In this document: positions 62,906 to 64,000 of the stretch, in pieces
How positions within the stretch are numbered: the first letter of the stretch is position 1
Layout of the letters: every line of letters starts with the position of its first letter
Assembly: GCA_022769825.1 (NCBI GenBank)
Contig: JALEJI010000045.1
Coordinates: forward strand, 22,932-86,931
Origin: Prevotella sp.
GTDB lineage: Bacteria > Bacteroidota > Bacteroidia > Bacteroidales > Bacteroidaceae
Reading direction: 5' to 3'
Length of the DNA: 64,000 nucleotides
The notes under the pieces: generated by a model
The model's database searches: none
What the model was told of the DNA's origin: nothing
What the model saw: only the letters and a program-made list of their open reading frames with translations
Translations under genes and position numbers: made by a program

Positions 62906-64000
62906 ATGAGCAATAGAGTTTTAATGATCGGAGCTGGAGGCGTAGCCACGGTATGCGCCTTCAAGATAGCACAAAACACCGACGTGTTTGGCGAACTGAT
63001 GATAGCCTCGCATCACAAGGAGAAATGCGACCGCCTGGTCGACGCCATACACGCTAAGGGATACAAGATGGACATCAAGACCGCCGAGGTGGACGCCGAC
63101 AGTGTTGAGCAACTCACGGAGCTGTTCAACAGCTACAAGCCCGACTTGGTAATCAACCTCGCCCTGCCCTATCAGGACCTGAGCATCATGGACGCTTGCC
63201 TGGCTTGCGGCTGCAACTATCTCGACACGGCCAACTATGAGCCAAAAGACGAGGCACATTTCGAATACTCTTGGCAGTGGGCCTACAAGGACCGCTTCGA
63301 GAAGGCAGGCCTCACGGCAATACTCGGCTGCGGCTTCGACCCGGGTGTGTCGCAGGTGTTCACGGCATACGCCGCGAAGCATCATTTCGACGAGATACAA
63401 TATCTCGACATCGTGGACTGCAACGCCGGCAACCACCACAAGGCTTTCGCCACCAACTTCAATCCGGAAATCAACATCCGTGAGATAACGCAAAAGGGCC
63501 TCTACTATGAGGACGGCAAATGGATAGAGACGGCGCCTCTCGCCGTGCACCGCGACATCAACTATCCTAACATCGGCCCCCGCGACAGCTACCTGATGCA
63601 CCACGAGGAGCTGGAGAGCCTCGTGAAGAACTATCCCACCATCAAGCGCGGACGCTTCTGGATGACTTTCGGACAGGAGTATCTCACCCACCTGCGCGTA
63701 ATCGAGGACACTGGCATGGGCCGCATCGACCCCATCACCTACGAGGCGCCACTCGCCGACGACCCCACGAAGACCGTGAAGGTGAGCATCGTGCCGCTGC
63801 AATTCCTCAAGGCCGTGTTGCCTAACCCGCAAGACCTTGGCGAGAACTACGACGGCGAGACGAGCATCGGCTGCAGGATTCGCGGATTGAAAGACGGCAA
63901 GGAGCACACATATTATATATATAACAACTGCAAGCACCAGGATGCCTACAAGGAGACAGGCATGCAAGGCGTGAGCTACACCACTGGCGTGCCGGCCATG
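62906..64000 (+). CDS. Carboxy(nor)spermidine dehydrogenase (saccharopine dehydrogenase family), 3'-partial
   Basis: Absent from the ORF track because it runs off the window; translates MSNRVLMIGAGGVA, INLALPYQDL, YLDTANYEP, GCGFDPG, FATNFNPEINIRE, HEELESL, VSYTTGVPAM. Confidence 0.9.
   Translation, partial: MSNRVLMIGAGGVATVCAFKIAQNTDVFGELMIASHHKEKCDRLVDAIHAKGYKMDIKTAEVDADSVEQLTELFNSYKPDLVINLALPYQDLSIMDACLACGCNYLDTANYEPKDEAHFEYSWQWAYKDRFEKAGLTAILGCGFDPGVSQVFTAYAAKHHFDEIQYLDIVDCNAGNHHKAFATNFNPEINIREITQKGLYYEDGKWIETAPLAVHRDINYPNIGPRDSYLMHHEELESLVKNYPTIKRGRFWMTFGQEYLTHLRVIEDTGMGRIDPITYEAPLADDPTKTVKVSIVPLQFLKAVLPNPQDLGENYDGETSIGCRIRGLKDGKEHTYYIYNNCKHQDAYKETGMQGVSYTTGVPAM

Overview
Chromosomal window from a Prevotella-like Bacteroidales genome, judged from TAnnTTTG -7 promoters, a complete moxR-DUF58-batABCDE locus, the zapA-rny order and an HECLGH dipeptidyl peptidase III. 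Most of it is housekeeping: uvrD/pcrA, rny, zapA, rfbA, a Wzc-type kinase, fmt, nadE, queA, grpE-dnaJ, folC, galM-galK, dacB, pflAB, aguAB, sbcCD, nhaD and carboxy(nor)spermidine dehydrogenase, plus tRNA-Pro and two tRNA-Lys. The most unusual feature is a non-coding dispersed element present three times (11854-12234 +, 30019-30378 +, 58646-59005 -). Each copy is bounded by an 11-bp direct repeat (TGTAAAATATT, one end with a single mismatch) and carries a copy-number-variable array of 22-bp units headed by one inverted unit, plus a 27-bp dyad site. It has no credible ORF, and no transposase or integrase is visible in the window. Other accessory features are an AT-rich Sau3AI-like R-M cassette whose only GATC lies in its predicted promoter, a REP/REPIN-like doublet family, a foreign gene flanked by a diverged partial duplicate of aguB, and small gene remnants. 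All calls come from reading the sequence and recalled family motifs. No database searches were run.
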